A stretch of DNA of 64,000 nt from the human T2T-CHM13v2.0 reference genome, Homo sapiens. Location: assembly GCF_009914755.1 (NCBI RefSeq), contig NC_060947.1; one strand, written 5' to 3'. The notes under the pieces were generated by a model, which had not been told where the DNA came from, did not search any database, and saw only the letters and a program-made list of their open reading frames with translations. Both the position numbers and the translations under genes were made by a program. Below are positions 35,211 through 47,866 of this stretch, in pieces (position 1 is the stretch's first letter; each line of letters starts with the position of its first letter).

Positions 35211-35569
35211 AACACTTCAATTATTTAACATGTTTCTACCTTTATAATTTTGGTACCCTAGTCTACATCATCAATAGCTTGGATGATTGACAGGATTTGG
35301 GTCCAAGCCTAGGGGTAGGTCCCATTAGTAGATCTAGCTGTCAATAGCTGGAGAAAGCAAAGGCACTGGTGAAAAAGAAGGGCTGACATGGAAAACTGTT
35401 TGGAATGTGTTGCCCTGGCATTTTGTTTATAGCAAATATTCCTTAAAACAAAATGCTTCATTGATTTGTATCTAGGAGTCTTTTTGTTATAAAGAGATTT
35501 TATGGCAATGGGAGCTTGGGGTAATGAGATTTATAATATTTGAGTTGTTTAGGGAAATTTTCTTAAATT

Positions 35570-36015
35570 ATCATTCATTCACTTGGCAAGTATTTATTGA
35601 GTTCTTGCTGTGAGCTAAGCACTGTGCTAGGCACTGGGGAAAGAAGAATGAACAAGACGACCATGGTTTCTGCCCTCATGCAACTTTCAGAACAGTGAAA
35701 GAGACAAAAAAAAAAAAACCAGAAAAACTGACACCTACAACAATTTCAATTCATAATAAATGACATGAAAGACACAACACAGGCTCAAATTATAATGATA
35801 ATGGTGATAGGCACTGTTCTGAGTGCTTTATGCACCATCACGAATCCTCATGATAACCCTTTGAAGTACATACTATTATTACGCCTGTTTTAGAGGTGAG
35901 GAAACTGAAATGTAGAGAGGTGAAAGTAACTTGCCTTGGGTAACATAGCTAGTGGTGGACAGAACCAGGGAAGTAATGCCTGGCTCTGGAGCATGTTTTC
36001 TTAACCACTATACCA
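35570..36015. mobile_element. L2 fragment followed by MIR
   Basis: cattcattcac...tgtgctaggcactgggga (L2-like); gaggtgaggaaactga...aacttgcc (MIR core). Confidence 0.6.
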
Positions 36016-36703
36016 AAAAAAAAGAGGTTGGAGCAACCAACTTTACAGCACATAGTCAAGGAAGGCCTCTCTGAGAATGTCACATTTAATATGAAACGTA
36101 AAGACCATCTAAGGCAGTCTACATTGATAAGAATTCACTAAATGCCAATATATAGCCTGTCAAATAAACCTAATTTTCTTCAAGATATTTCCTGGAGATT
36201 AGACCAAGAAGGTTTTGGTAAAAGCAATAAGTGCTTTTCCAAAAGGTTACACAGTGTAAGGAAAAGACAGTGTAAGGAGAGCAGAGGTTAGTATCAGACT
36301 TAGTGCTAGAAATGAAAATGATTAATTCTGAGAACTCTGACAGTATAACTGTAAAACTATGTATTGCAATGATTTGCATTTTCTTGGGAACTGAATGTCT
36401 TGGAACAGAACTCTCCTGTGTATTCCTACAATTTCTACTTCTGTCAGATCTTATGACTGCACAAGAGGTGTGGTGTGTTCCACGCTTGTAACTTACCTCT
36501 CTTTAGGTCTTTCCTTGGCATAATGAAAATTAAATGTGTGTCTCAGAGCAGCCAGATGACCAACACTACCAACTAACCTCTTTCATGTGAACACAAAGCA
36601 AGCCTGACTTTAAAAGTGAATTCAGCAAATGATAGCTCTCTTGGTGCTCTCCACACACTTGTTTTAGGCCTGACACATGGACCAATTACAAAGTTCAGAA
36701 GGC

Positions 36704-37735
36704 CGTACATGGTTTGAATGTATGCATCCCTCCAAAATTCATATGCTAGAACTTAAATTCCAATGTGAGAGTATTAAGAAGTGGAGCCTTTAGGAGGGGG
36801 TGATTAAGTCATGAGAGAAGAACCCTCATAAATGGTATTAGCAACCTTATAAAAGGCTGGAGGGAATTAGCTAGTTCTTTTTTCCTTTAGCATCCCTTCT
36901 ACCATGTGAATACACAGCATTCTTCCCCTCCAGAGAACACAGCAACAAGGTACCATCTTGGAAGCAGAGAGCAGCCCTCACTGCTTCACAGACACTGAAC
37001 CTACCAGCACCTTGATCTTGGACTTCCCAGCCCCCAGAACTGTGAGAAATAAATTTCTATTATTTATAAATTACCCAATCTGTGATATTTTGTTATAACA
37101 GTGAGACAGGAGAGTTCTCTTGACCCCTTCACAGGAATTGCAACAGGGGTGTGACTCGTTTACTCAGCCTCCAAGCTCAAACCCCTTGCAGGAGGGGGAG
37201 CATGTAGGTGAGCAGGTGCAGGAGCCAGGGTGAGTGCCTTTGGGTGACAACCAGCCTGCAGCAGTGTCTAGAGGTTGCACACAACCACTGGAGCCCCAGA
37301 GGGTGTGAGTTACAAACAATGCTATTTTAGCTTTGCCATCTGTGGACAGCTTAAGTGTTAAACAGCTCAGGTGTAAGGTGTAAGTGTGGTGCATGTGGAG
37401 GATTTTATTGAGTGATAGAGGTCTCTCAGTGGGGTGGGGAGCTAGAAAGGGAATGGAGTGGGAAGCTCCTCTCTGACTGTCCCTGGCCAAACTCCTCTTG
37501 ACGTTCAGATGCTTCTTTTCTCTCCTTCTCTGCCATGCCACTCTGCTCCTCTGCCAGTGGAGCTTGGGGTTTTTATGGGTACAGGGTTGGGGGACCTGGT
37601 GGGCCAAAAGGCAACATTCAGGCAGAAAAACAGGGATGTGAAGTTCTCATTTAGGGCAGTGGGCCCAGGCTTGAGGGTGAAACCCTTGCCAGGGGCCCTG
37701 CCCTTTTCTACCTGGTATTTGAACAGACTAAGATA
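36704..37735 (+). mobile_element. MaLR LTR (MST/MLT1A-like), interrupted near its 3' end
   Basis: Runs tggtttgaatgt...ccctccaaaattcatatg...ttgatcttggacttcccagc...tttgttataacag, then resumes as aacagactaagata at 37722. Confidence 0.8.
37102..37720 (-). mobile_element. ERV1-class LTR (MER52/LTR27-like) nested in the MaLR LTR
   Basis: tgagacaggagagttctcttgacccctt terminus and internal motifs resemble this group; subfamily uncertain. Confidence 0.6.
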
Positions 37736-37768
37736 AAAACTTACCCATCTTACACTAGGTTTCACTTA

Positions 37769-38017
<249 letters not shown>

Positions 38018-39479
38018 TCACAATTCAAGTCTGCCATGAAAATAATCTGTGGTTGTCCCAAACCAGGAACTAGCAGTGCAGATGAAACCAAGGAGATAAA
38101 TAGCAAGGTTCTCAGCACAGGTTGGTATTAGGAAGACAGAGCAGCCAACCAGCTTTCCAAAACTTCTTAGGTCTCATAAAGCATATATAGCATATAGTAT
38201 ATATAGTGTAATTAACAAGGAGATCCTCAGTCTCTGTTGATAGCTATATGTCCTCCGACAAGAGGTTAACAAAGACAGTTGGAGTGCAGTTGGGCCGCAA
38301 GATTAATCATGCCTTACCACTGGTCAGACCTAGGTTACTAATGCACTGTTTTATTAATCATAATGGATAGCTGTGGCTGGTAGAGTACAAGAAACCTGTT
38401 TAAAGATTCATCACTGCCAACCTTGTAAATTTCATCAGTAGCCCAGAAACCAAACCCTATTCCATATCAAGCACTCCCCAAAGAATCAGGAAGCTTCCGG
38501 AGAAAAGGATTTTTCTCGGACAAGAGAATAAATTCAGCATTCTTTCTGTAAATGAATGACTGCTAAGAGTGAGGTAAGGACGATAGCTGCTGAAATACTC
38601 CCCAACCCCAGGTGGTGGCGGCACAGCTCTAGCTCCAGAAGCTGAGGCTATTTCATGCTAAGCCTTGGAGCAACTCAGCAGTTACAAATGGCTGGAATCA
38701 AAGCAGAAACATAAAGTCACAGCAGATGACCAAGTCAGACTAGGGCTGTAACTGAGGTTCCCTCAAGCTTGTCCCTGCTGTTCAGACACAATTCCACTGA
38801 AGCCCTTGGATCCACTGACAGGAGTATCCTGGCTGGCTACTTCACCATGTTATCTGCACAAAATAGGCCCCAGAACGTTTCCATGCCACTCAGAAGGCCA
38901 ACGATGGATCTTGTCTGTCCTTTTGTAGGTTTCTGCTTCAAAAAATAGTGCCCCCAACAGAGATTGGAAGGCTGGGAAAGGAGAGAAATGTGGGAGAAAG
39001 ACAGAACAGTTCCTTTCTTTGGCTGGGCTACATTCTTCCATCTCTAGTTCTCAGCCTAGAAAAAAAAAATGATGTCGGGCCTCCCAGAATAGCTTTGATC
39101 TACTCAAAGTGGTTGGATGAAGTCAAAGCTACAGAAGAGCTGAAATGCCATCTTCTTTTCCTCTTTACCACCCAAAGTCCTCATCTTACAAAGGATGTGC
39201 TATTCCAGGCATGACTGGAAAGTGGAGACAACTCATGCCAGGGATGGATATTATTTTCTTGTAAATTGACCTATTCCCTCAGCTTGGTATCACAGTAATG
39301 ACAAAGGTAAAGAAAGGTGTACAAAAAGGCCACAGGCAAAATTGACATAAGGACATATTCAGGACTAAAATTGATTCCTTGAGTATTATAGAGGAATAAT
39401 AGTCATTATAGTTCTTATTCCTAAGGAATTCTATGGGTTTTTGTTTTACAAAATATTCTCACACACACTGCTACATCTG

Positions 39480-39645
39480 AGACTCCCAACAACACTGTGG
39501 ATAAGTTGTAGAAAAACCGTTTTGCAGATGAGGAAACTGAAGCTCAGATGATTAAGGGACTTGCCCAAGATCTCTCAGCTAGGAAGTAAACAGAAGCCAA
39601 GACGCAAACCCAAGTCTGTCTGACTCCAAATTCAGCTCTTTTTCC
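39480..39645. mobile_element. MIR
   Basis: cagatgaggaaactgaagctcag...acttgcccaag core. Confidence 0.7.
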
Positions 39646-39654
39646 TATACCTGT

Positions 39655-40008
39655 TGCTATGGCCTGAATGTTTGTGTCTTCCCGAAATTTACATGTTGGA
39701 ACCCTAATCCCAATGTGATGGTATTCAGAGGTGAGAATTTTGTGAGGTAATTACGGGTGGAGCCCTAATGATGGGATTAGCGCCCTTATAAGAAGAGACA
39801 TGAGAGATGTGATCTGTCTCTCTGCCATTAGAGGACAAAAAGAAGTCAGCCATCTGCAAATCAGGAACGGAGCCCTCACCAGACACTGAATCTGCCAGTT
39901 CCTTGATCCAGGACTTCCCAGCCTCCAGAACTATCAGCAATAAATATTTGTTCTGTAAACCACCCAGTCTGTCCTATGTTGCTTTAGCTGCCTTAATTGA
40001 TTAAGACA
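39655..40008 (+). mobile_element. MaLR LTR (MLT1A-like)
   Basis: TGCTATGGcctgaatgtttgtgtc start and ...gattaagACA end. Confidence 0.85.
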
Positions 40009-40159
40009 CCTGTGATTCCCAATCTTCATGAATATAAGGACCCCTGAAATAGTTCAAAATATTTCAGACTCCCACAAAAGGGTTGTTGTTCTTTTTTTAG
40101 CCCCTGGTTTAATAAAATGAATCATGACAAGAAGCCAATTTTAATTCATTAATGCTTTT

Positions 40160-40458
<299 letters not shown>

Positions 40459-40669
40459 TAATGCTTTTGAAGGAATTTATAGTTTACTTACTCAAACACT
40501 AATATTCATGTAATAATATTTGTTGATCACATTAATGTTTTTAGTCTACAGATAATGCTTGGAATATATATATAGAGAGAGATTCATAGGCCCTGAAAAT
40601 AGCTAGGAACCACTTCACTAAACCACCAGGAGAGGAGAATTTGATTCTTATTCTGACCACTAAATGATA

Positions 40670-40935
40670 TAACATGGTGACTAAATACTTAGGCTTGGGA
40701 ATCAGACTTTCTGGGTTCACAGTAGTATCTACACTAAGGTGCAGATACCTGGTTCTGATAACTTACTAGCAGTACTGCCTTGGGCAAGTTAGTTAACCTT
40801 TCTGTCTCTGTTTTCTCTTCTTTAAAACAGGATAATAATGATACCTACTTCATAAGGTTCTGGAAATTAAATGAACTATACACTAAAAACAATGCCTGAC
40901 ACATGGAAAACACTTAAAATGTTGGATATTATTAT
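40670..40935. mobile_element. MIR
   Basis: ccttgggcaagttagttaacctttctgtctctgttttctc core. Confidence 0.65.
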
Positions 40936-41221
40936 CTGCTACTAACCAAATGTGTTATCTTTATTTGATCGCTGGAATTGTCTTCAACGATTTCACCTGT
41001 AAATGGAAATAATGGTAGCTTAGTTGCCCTAAAGCAGGTGGCTTACCATGATATCATGAAGTCTCTTCCAACTCTAAGATATATGGTTCTCAGACCATCA
41101 CCAGCTCTTCGTAATAACAGGACTGCTATTAGATTCAAGGATCCATAGCAAGTAAATCTAGATTCAGAGAAACCCATGAAAACTCCACTAATTCAGAACA
41201 ACCCAAACAATATATGTGATC

Positions 41222-41342
41222 TGGTATGACCTCATCCTAATTTGATTACATCTGTGAAGACCTTATTTCTAAATAAGGTCACATTCACAGGTTCTGGGTG
41301 AACATGAATTGGGGGTGCAGGGGCACTATTCAACCCACTACA
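41222..41342 (-). mobile_element. MLT1 LTR terminal fragment
   Basis: gaccttatttctaaataaggtcacattcacagg...cactattcaacccactaca. Confidence 0.75.
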
Positions 41343-41434
41343 CCTGGGAATGTCACTTAATCTGCTCACATCTCAGTTTACTCATCAGTCAACTGGGGAG
41401 AAAAGTATACTAGAAATATTTTGATGATTATGGC

Positions 41435-41480
41435 AATCCCAAACATTCCAGAGTTCATGAACTCTGGAATGTTTGGGATT
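41435..41480. repeat. Perfect 46-bp spacerless palindrome
   Basis: aatcccaaacattccagagttca|tgaactctggaatgtttgggatt. Confidence 0.97.
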
Positions 41481-41695
41481 TAGTTTTTTTGGTTAATTAG
41501 AAAGGCTCTTTCCTGTAGATCCTACCAGAATTTAGTTTCTTCGTTAATTAGAAAAATCAATCTGATTAGTCAAAGGGGATCATTCTAAAACCCCAAAGTG
41601 ATCAAATCCCAATGTCTGGGATTTAGTTTCCTTCAAGCTCAGTGTAATCATGGGGGACTGGCACATTAGAAGAGTTTACAAAAGAAATTCAGAAG

Positions 41696-42051
<356 letters not shown>

Positions 42052-42614
42052 TCATCTCAACATTAACTGACCACAAAGTATCAACTCCCACACTGTGCCA
42101 ATACTGTGGTAAACACTATGACAGTGGGGATCAGGTATTTTATGTGTTTTGAACAACTAACACCTTGCACTGTGGGTGTGTAATAAATGTTTAGCATCAT
42201 CATTATCATAATTATATCATAGGTTGCCAGCGGAGATAGCTAGTGCTCATTATAGCTCTGTTTTGAGACAATCTCAGTGGGGGAAATCAGAGAGGAGGAC
42301 TATGTTCTCCACATGACATAGATTGTCCAATACAGCAAATTTTGCCTGTGGACAACATCTATGGGATTTTTATACTGCTGTCCCATTACTGGTGTCCAAT
42401 CTGTCACCTACCTCCTTATAATTATAATACCCTAAAACACAAAATGCCATAAATCCCAAAGATAATGATTTTTTATTTTTACTGGGAAGAGTGAGAATAG
42501 ATGAAAAAGGGGGTACTCACAGGGAGACATTGAGGTATCCTGGAAAAACAAACACTGCATTAGGGGTTCAGAAAAGCCAAACCTAACCTATGGATTCCCT
42601 ATCTGTGCCTCACT

Positions 42615-43089
42615 GGTATATTAGTTTCTTAGGGCTTCCATAACAAATTACTACAGACTGGGCAGCTTAGAACAGCAGAAATTTATTCTTTCACAGTTCA
42701 GGAGGCTAGGAGTCTGAAATCAAGTTGTCTACAGGGCCATGCTCCCTCTGAAGACTCTAGGGAAGATTCTGTTCCATGCTTCCTTCCTATCTTCTAGTGG
42801 TTGCCCATAGTACTTGATGTTCCTTGGCTTGCAGCTGTGTCCCTCCAATCTCCACCTCTGTTGTCACATGGCCTTCTTCCTTATGGCCTCTACGTCTCTC
42901 TGTCTCCAAACCTCCCTTTCCTTGCAAGGATGCCAGTCACTGGATTTAGGGCCTACCCTAATTCGGTATGACTTTATCTTGACTTGATTATATTTGCAAA
43001 GACCCTATTTCCAAATAAGGTCCCATTTACAGGTTCTGGATGGATATAAACTTGGTGGGGGTGGGAGGGTCACTATTCCATCCACGAAA
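42615..43089 (-). mobile_element. MaLR LTR (MLT1C/D-like), near full length
   Basis: ttagtttcttagggcttccataacaaattac...cagaaatttattctttcacagtt...ccaaataaggtc. Confidence 0.8.
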
Positions 43090-44719
43090 CCTGGGAATGT
43101 CACTGGATCTTCCCATGCCTTAGTTAATTTATCAGTAAATTGGCGATCATAGCTTTAGCCGTGTTTATGACACAATTATATTCCTTTTGGGAAAACCATT
43201 TGTACTTGTAGAATTTTGTACCCACATTTGTGATTCCAGAGCTAATTTGAAAGATGGGGAAGTAGTTTTTCTACCCTTCCAAAATACAGTTGGTTGCTTC
43301 TTGCAGGAGAGATAGTGAAATGGAAGCAACACCATTACATGCTACAAAACTGTAGGCTGGGTTTTCATAAACCAATCATATATATTGCATTATTTAATAT
43401 AAATAATAGATGTTTCAGAGGTAACCACTTTTGAAAAATAAAATGTGCTGTCCTTTAAATAGAAACAACCCTACTGAGCCACAATCAGTGAAACACACAC
43501 TTTGAAGTGTTTTTTCAGAACAGGAATTCATCCAAACACCCTCCTGCACACACACCTGCCACTTAGTCCCCATAGCATAGATATAAACCCAAGGCCAGGA
43601 TAAACCCAATCTCAGGCTGCTTCAGGTAGCTCCCTGTGTATTCAAGACTCATTTAGCAAGTGATTACACAGTATATTGAGTCCTGTTCAATTTCCCTGAA
43701 TCATACATAGATGGAAATACACCAGTAAGTTTATCATTATTTGAGGCTAATCAACAATGAGCTTAAGGTTAAGTTGAATAAATAGAATGTTCTTGGTTAT
43801 AGTTTCCTTATGCTGGAGGCTTTATAGTTTTCTACTTGGTTCACTGAAGCTGGTTGTTGGTGTTGCATGTGATCTTGTGGAAAGAGGTGTACCTCCCATC
43901 AGCAGTACTTTTACCACCACTAAAATGAAAAGAAAAGCAACACAGAGAACAAATCAAGAAATACCCCTATGGGCTAATCCCTGAGTAGTTTCCCTTAGGC
44001 CTTCTGTGTACTTAATGATGGGTTGTTCTGCCACACTAGAGGACTGAGAAAATCCATCCTCTCTTTCAGCTCAAACCATCTACATCTCAGTAATAGTTTT
44101 GCTCAAAGGAAAGGAGAATTGTTTCATATGAAAATTAGGCAGCCAAGCAAAAATTTTGGTAGACATTCCCCAAACAACAGCTGGGTGTCAAGCTACATCT
44201 TCAAAAAAAGATGTGATTTTGATCACTTTGAGGTGTTAGAATGATCCTCTTCTTTGACTGATCAGATATTTCTAATTAAGAATTAAGAGGGAACCAGGCA
44301 GCTAAGACTATTTAAACCAGTCTTTGCAATTGGGATTTATCTGGTTCTTTCCAGAAAGAAACAGCCAATTTGAATGATGACATAGGCTTACTGGGATCAG
44401 ACTTGAACACCTGGAAAGGAGATATTTGTGTAGACGTCTCTAAAATATGTTAGAGAAAGAAGTTGTGAGATTTGGAATATGGAGTCACTGCATACAGAGT
44501 TCAAGAGGTTTCTCTGCAGAAGTAGTCTCTCTCCCCGATCCTGTTAGGGTCAGCCTGTTACTATAACTAGATTATCAAATTTACCTAAAAAATTAAAAAT
44601 AATTTTATATTTTCTATTTAAAAAGTAAAAGAGTCATGATGTCGAAAATCAGATTTTTGGACTTGCTACACTTATTTTACAGTTTAGTATAATTTTCAGT
44701 TTTGAATTACGTAAGTTGA

Positions 44720-45313
44720 GGAGTTGAGATTTCTTGATTCACTGAGGATGATAGAAAAAGTACAGGATCAGTAAGGAAGAACTATAAATTTTTCAGTGCT
44801 TAGAACCTCTAGGTGTTAATCTGGCCAGGAATGAAGCACATGGTAAAGAGATGCTTGGGAGCATTGTTAAAGGATGTCTGAGGAAGAAGGTATGAAAATC
44901 TGGGGGTCTGCAGTTTAATGATTCTTTCTACAAACAAAGGCACTTTCCTGTTGATCCTACCAGAAGCCTTGTGTCTGTTTACAGCAAGTTAGTTGGGCAA
45001 CTGAGGCCAGACTCTCAGACTAGTTTCCAGAGAGCAGATGCTAGCTGGTGAGCCCTGTTTACCAGGCCATGGCAGGTCTGCCAAGCAGAAAGACCCTGTG
45101 GAGAGGCTGTGGATTGGAGACTTACAACTGTAGCTCTTCTGAGATGGTCCAGGACTCCAGAGCTGCCAAGCAGGCACCTGCTCCCAGCACTGAGATTAGC
45201 AGAGAAACCAAGCAAACAAACATTCTCATCAACCAGTATTTAACCTCCTGTTGCTCGGAGTTGAGATTTCTTGATTCACTGAGGATGATGGAAAAAGTAC
45301 AGGATCAGTAAGG
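44720..45313. repeat. 57-bp direct repeat pair (44720-44776 and 45257-45313), 1 mismatch
   Basis: ggagttgagatttcttgattcactgaggatgat(a/g)gaaaaagtacaggatcagtaagg. Confidence 0.95.
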
Positions 45314-46525
45314 GGTGAGTTCTATACAGGCTAATGCCAAAGAGGTTAGAGTTTCCTCTCTGAAACAAGCCAGTACAAAGTGTATTCAACCTCACTGTGT
45401 GATTAGGGGTCACATTTCAGTCACTCAATCATGCAAATGAACCTTGTTGAAATTCTGCATGCCTTTTTAAACAAACAGGGACTTCAATCTTCATCCCAGC
45501 CTCTTGCCTGAGTCTATATTAGACAAATATGGAAATCCAGTTCAGGATTTTACTTCCACTGTCATGCGCTGAAGCATTAACTCAAAGACTTGGCCCAGCG
45601 AGACAACTCGATCCCTACCTGAGCCAGTGCATTCACTTGAAATAATTTAGTAGCAGGGGCTTTCACCGCCGGCAAGCATAGGTAAATCCTGGATTAGCAG
45701 TCCTTGTCATTCCTAAATGGACTGCACATCTCCTGCTGCTGGGCCTTCATTAACAAACCACAGAATAAACTGAAGGGAAATAAACAAGTCTCTTGTCGTG
45801 CACACGTGTACTCGCGACCTCCTCCACTTTCCTCTCTACTTCTCTTGCCTCCTGGGATTCTCACTTCATGCTGGGATCTCTGAAGAGTATTTTCCTCAGT
45901 GCCTTTTTACTCCAATAACACGTCCACTTCTTTTAGCTCTTCTCTCTTCGACTCCTCTTTCTTTGCTCCCCAACTGCACAATGTCATCATCTCCCATGGA
46001 TTTCTTTTTTTCCTCTGTCTACAGTGACAATTCATACTCAAAAATAGAGCTCTCCCATTCTCTACCTTTTGCCCTCCCCTCCCAACATGAATAGCCCTAA
46101 ATAACAACCCATGCCATTATAGACGAGGAGATCAAGGCATGTGTGATTCACAATACCTTAACCATACTCAAAAGACTGGACAGTTCCATTTCAAAAAGGA
46201 TCATGAAGAAGGAATTGACATGGGCAGGTGGGCAAGAAGGAGTCCTGAGTTTGGTGCCAACTGAATGACCTTGACAATTTCATGATAGTTCCCTACACTT
46301 CTGTGTGCCCATCTGTTAAAAAAAATACAAACAGCTACCTGATCATTTTATAGGAGATTTATAAGTCAGTTATACAAAAGAAAAATTCTAGAAAAGACAT
46401 AACGAACTCCATAAATCCCTCTCTGGAAAAGTGGGAAGAATAGTGAACGTAGGAGTAAGAAGCTGCCAAATTGTGCCCCTACAAATCTGTCCTTTACTCT
46501 CTTCTCTCCGTTCTCTCTTCACAAG

Positions 46526-46885
46526 TGCTACGGTCTGAGTGTTTGTGTCCCTCCCAAAAATCATATGTTGAAACCTAATCCCTAATTCAATAATATTAAG
46601 AGCTGGGGCCTGTAGGAGGTGATTAGCTTATGAGAGTGAAGCTGTCATGAATGGGATTAATGCTCTTATAAAAGAAGCACAAGGGGCCTGTTTGTTCTTC
46701 CACCATGTGAGGACACAGCAAGAAGGTGCCATCTATGAGAAATTGGTACTCACCAGACACCGAGTGTGCTGGTGCCTTGATCTTGGACTTCTCAGCCTTC
46801 AGAACCTTAAATCGATAAAATTTGTGTTGTGTGTAAGTTACCCAGTTTAAGGTATTTTGTTATAGCAGCCCAAACGGACTAAGAC
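46526..46885 (+). mobile_element. MaLR LTR (MLT1A0-like)
   Basis: TGCTACGGtctgagtgtttgtgtccc start and gcagcccaaacggactaagACA end. Confidence 0.88.
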
Positions 46886-46929
46886 AATGAGATAGCTCAT
46901 AACTACAATTTTAATCATTGTGCTGAGGA

Positions 46930-47330
46930 CCTCTAAATCTGGATCTCTGGGCCTCACCTCTCCACTGAGCTCTGCATTTTTATATCCAATTGCATACTTA
47001 CCGGGTATCTCATATACACTTGGATATATCATAGACATTTCATAGTTAATTTACCCCAAATCCTCTTCTCTTTTTCCTTAATCCATAAAAAGAGTAATTA
47101 TCCACCCAATTTTCATAGCCAGAAACATGGAGATTAGCCCCTCCCTCATTCCCATCTTTATTCAGTCTACCTACGTAACATAAGCATTTGTCCCTTTCTC
47201 TCCATTCACACACTGCCACTCTAGCCTTGGCTAACATCATTTTTCACTTGTATTACTGCAACAGTCTCCTAATTGGCCATTAACCCTCAACTTTCTTTAT
47301 AATCCTCCATACACTTGTCAGTGTGCTTCC
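46930..47330. mobile_element. L2 fragment
   Basis: tccacccaattttcatagccagaaacatggag...tattactgcaacagtctcctaattgg. Confidence 0.55.
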
Positions 47331-47542
47331 CCACCCCCTACCACCCCCCACCATTCCACTCTTCCTTCCTAGACAACTAAGTACCAACTAGCGTCAGGCA
47401 CTGTGTTAGGACCTTTATATGCATATTCCCACTTCATCCTTACAACAACCCTTTGAGATAGGTACTATTATTGTCACCATTTTACAGAGGAGAAAATGAA
47501 AGCTCAAAGAAAAGGAGTAATTTGTTTAAAAACAAGCGGCTA

Positions 47543-47866
<324 letters not shown>

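Noticed and set aside
37164-37607. 147-aa minus-strand ORF
   Set aside because: It lies within an LTR and has no retroviral or cellular protein similarity that I recognise.
38496-38520. Short hairpin ccggagaaaa-ggat-ttttctcgg and other 12-14 bp palindromes (near 41047 and 59001)
   Set aside because: Short enough to occur by chance in 64 kb.
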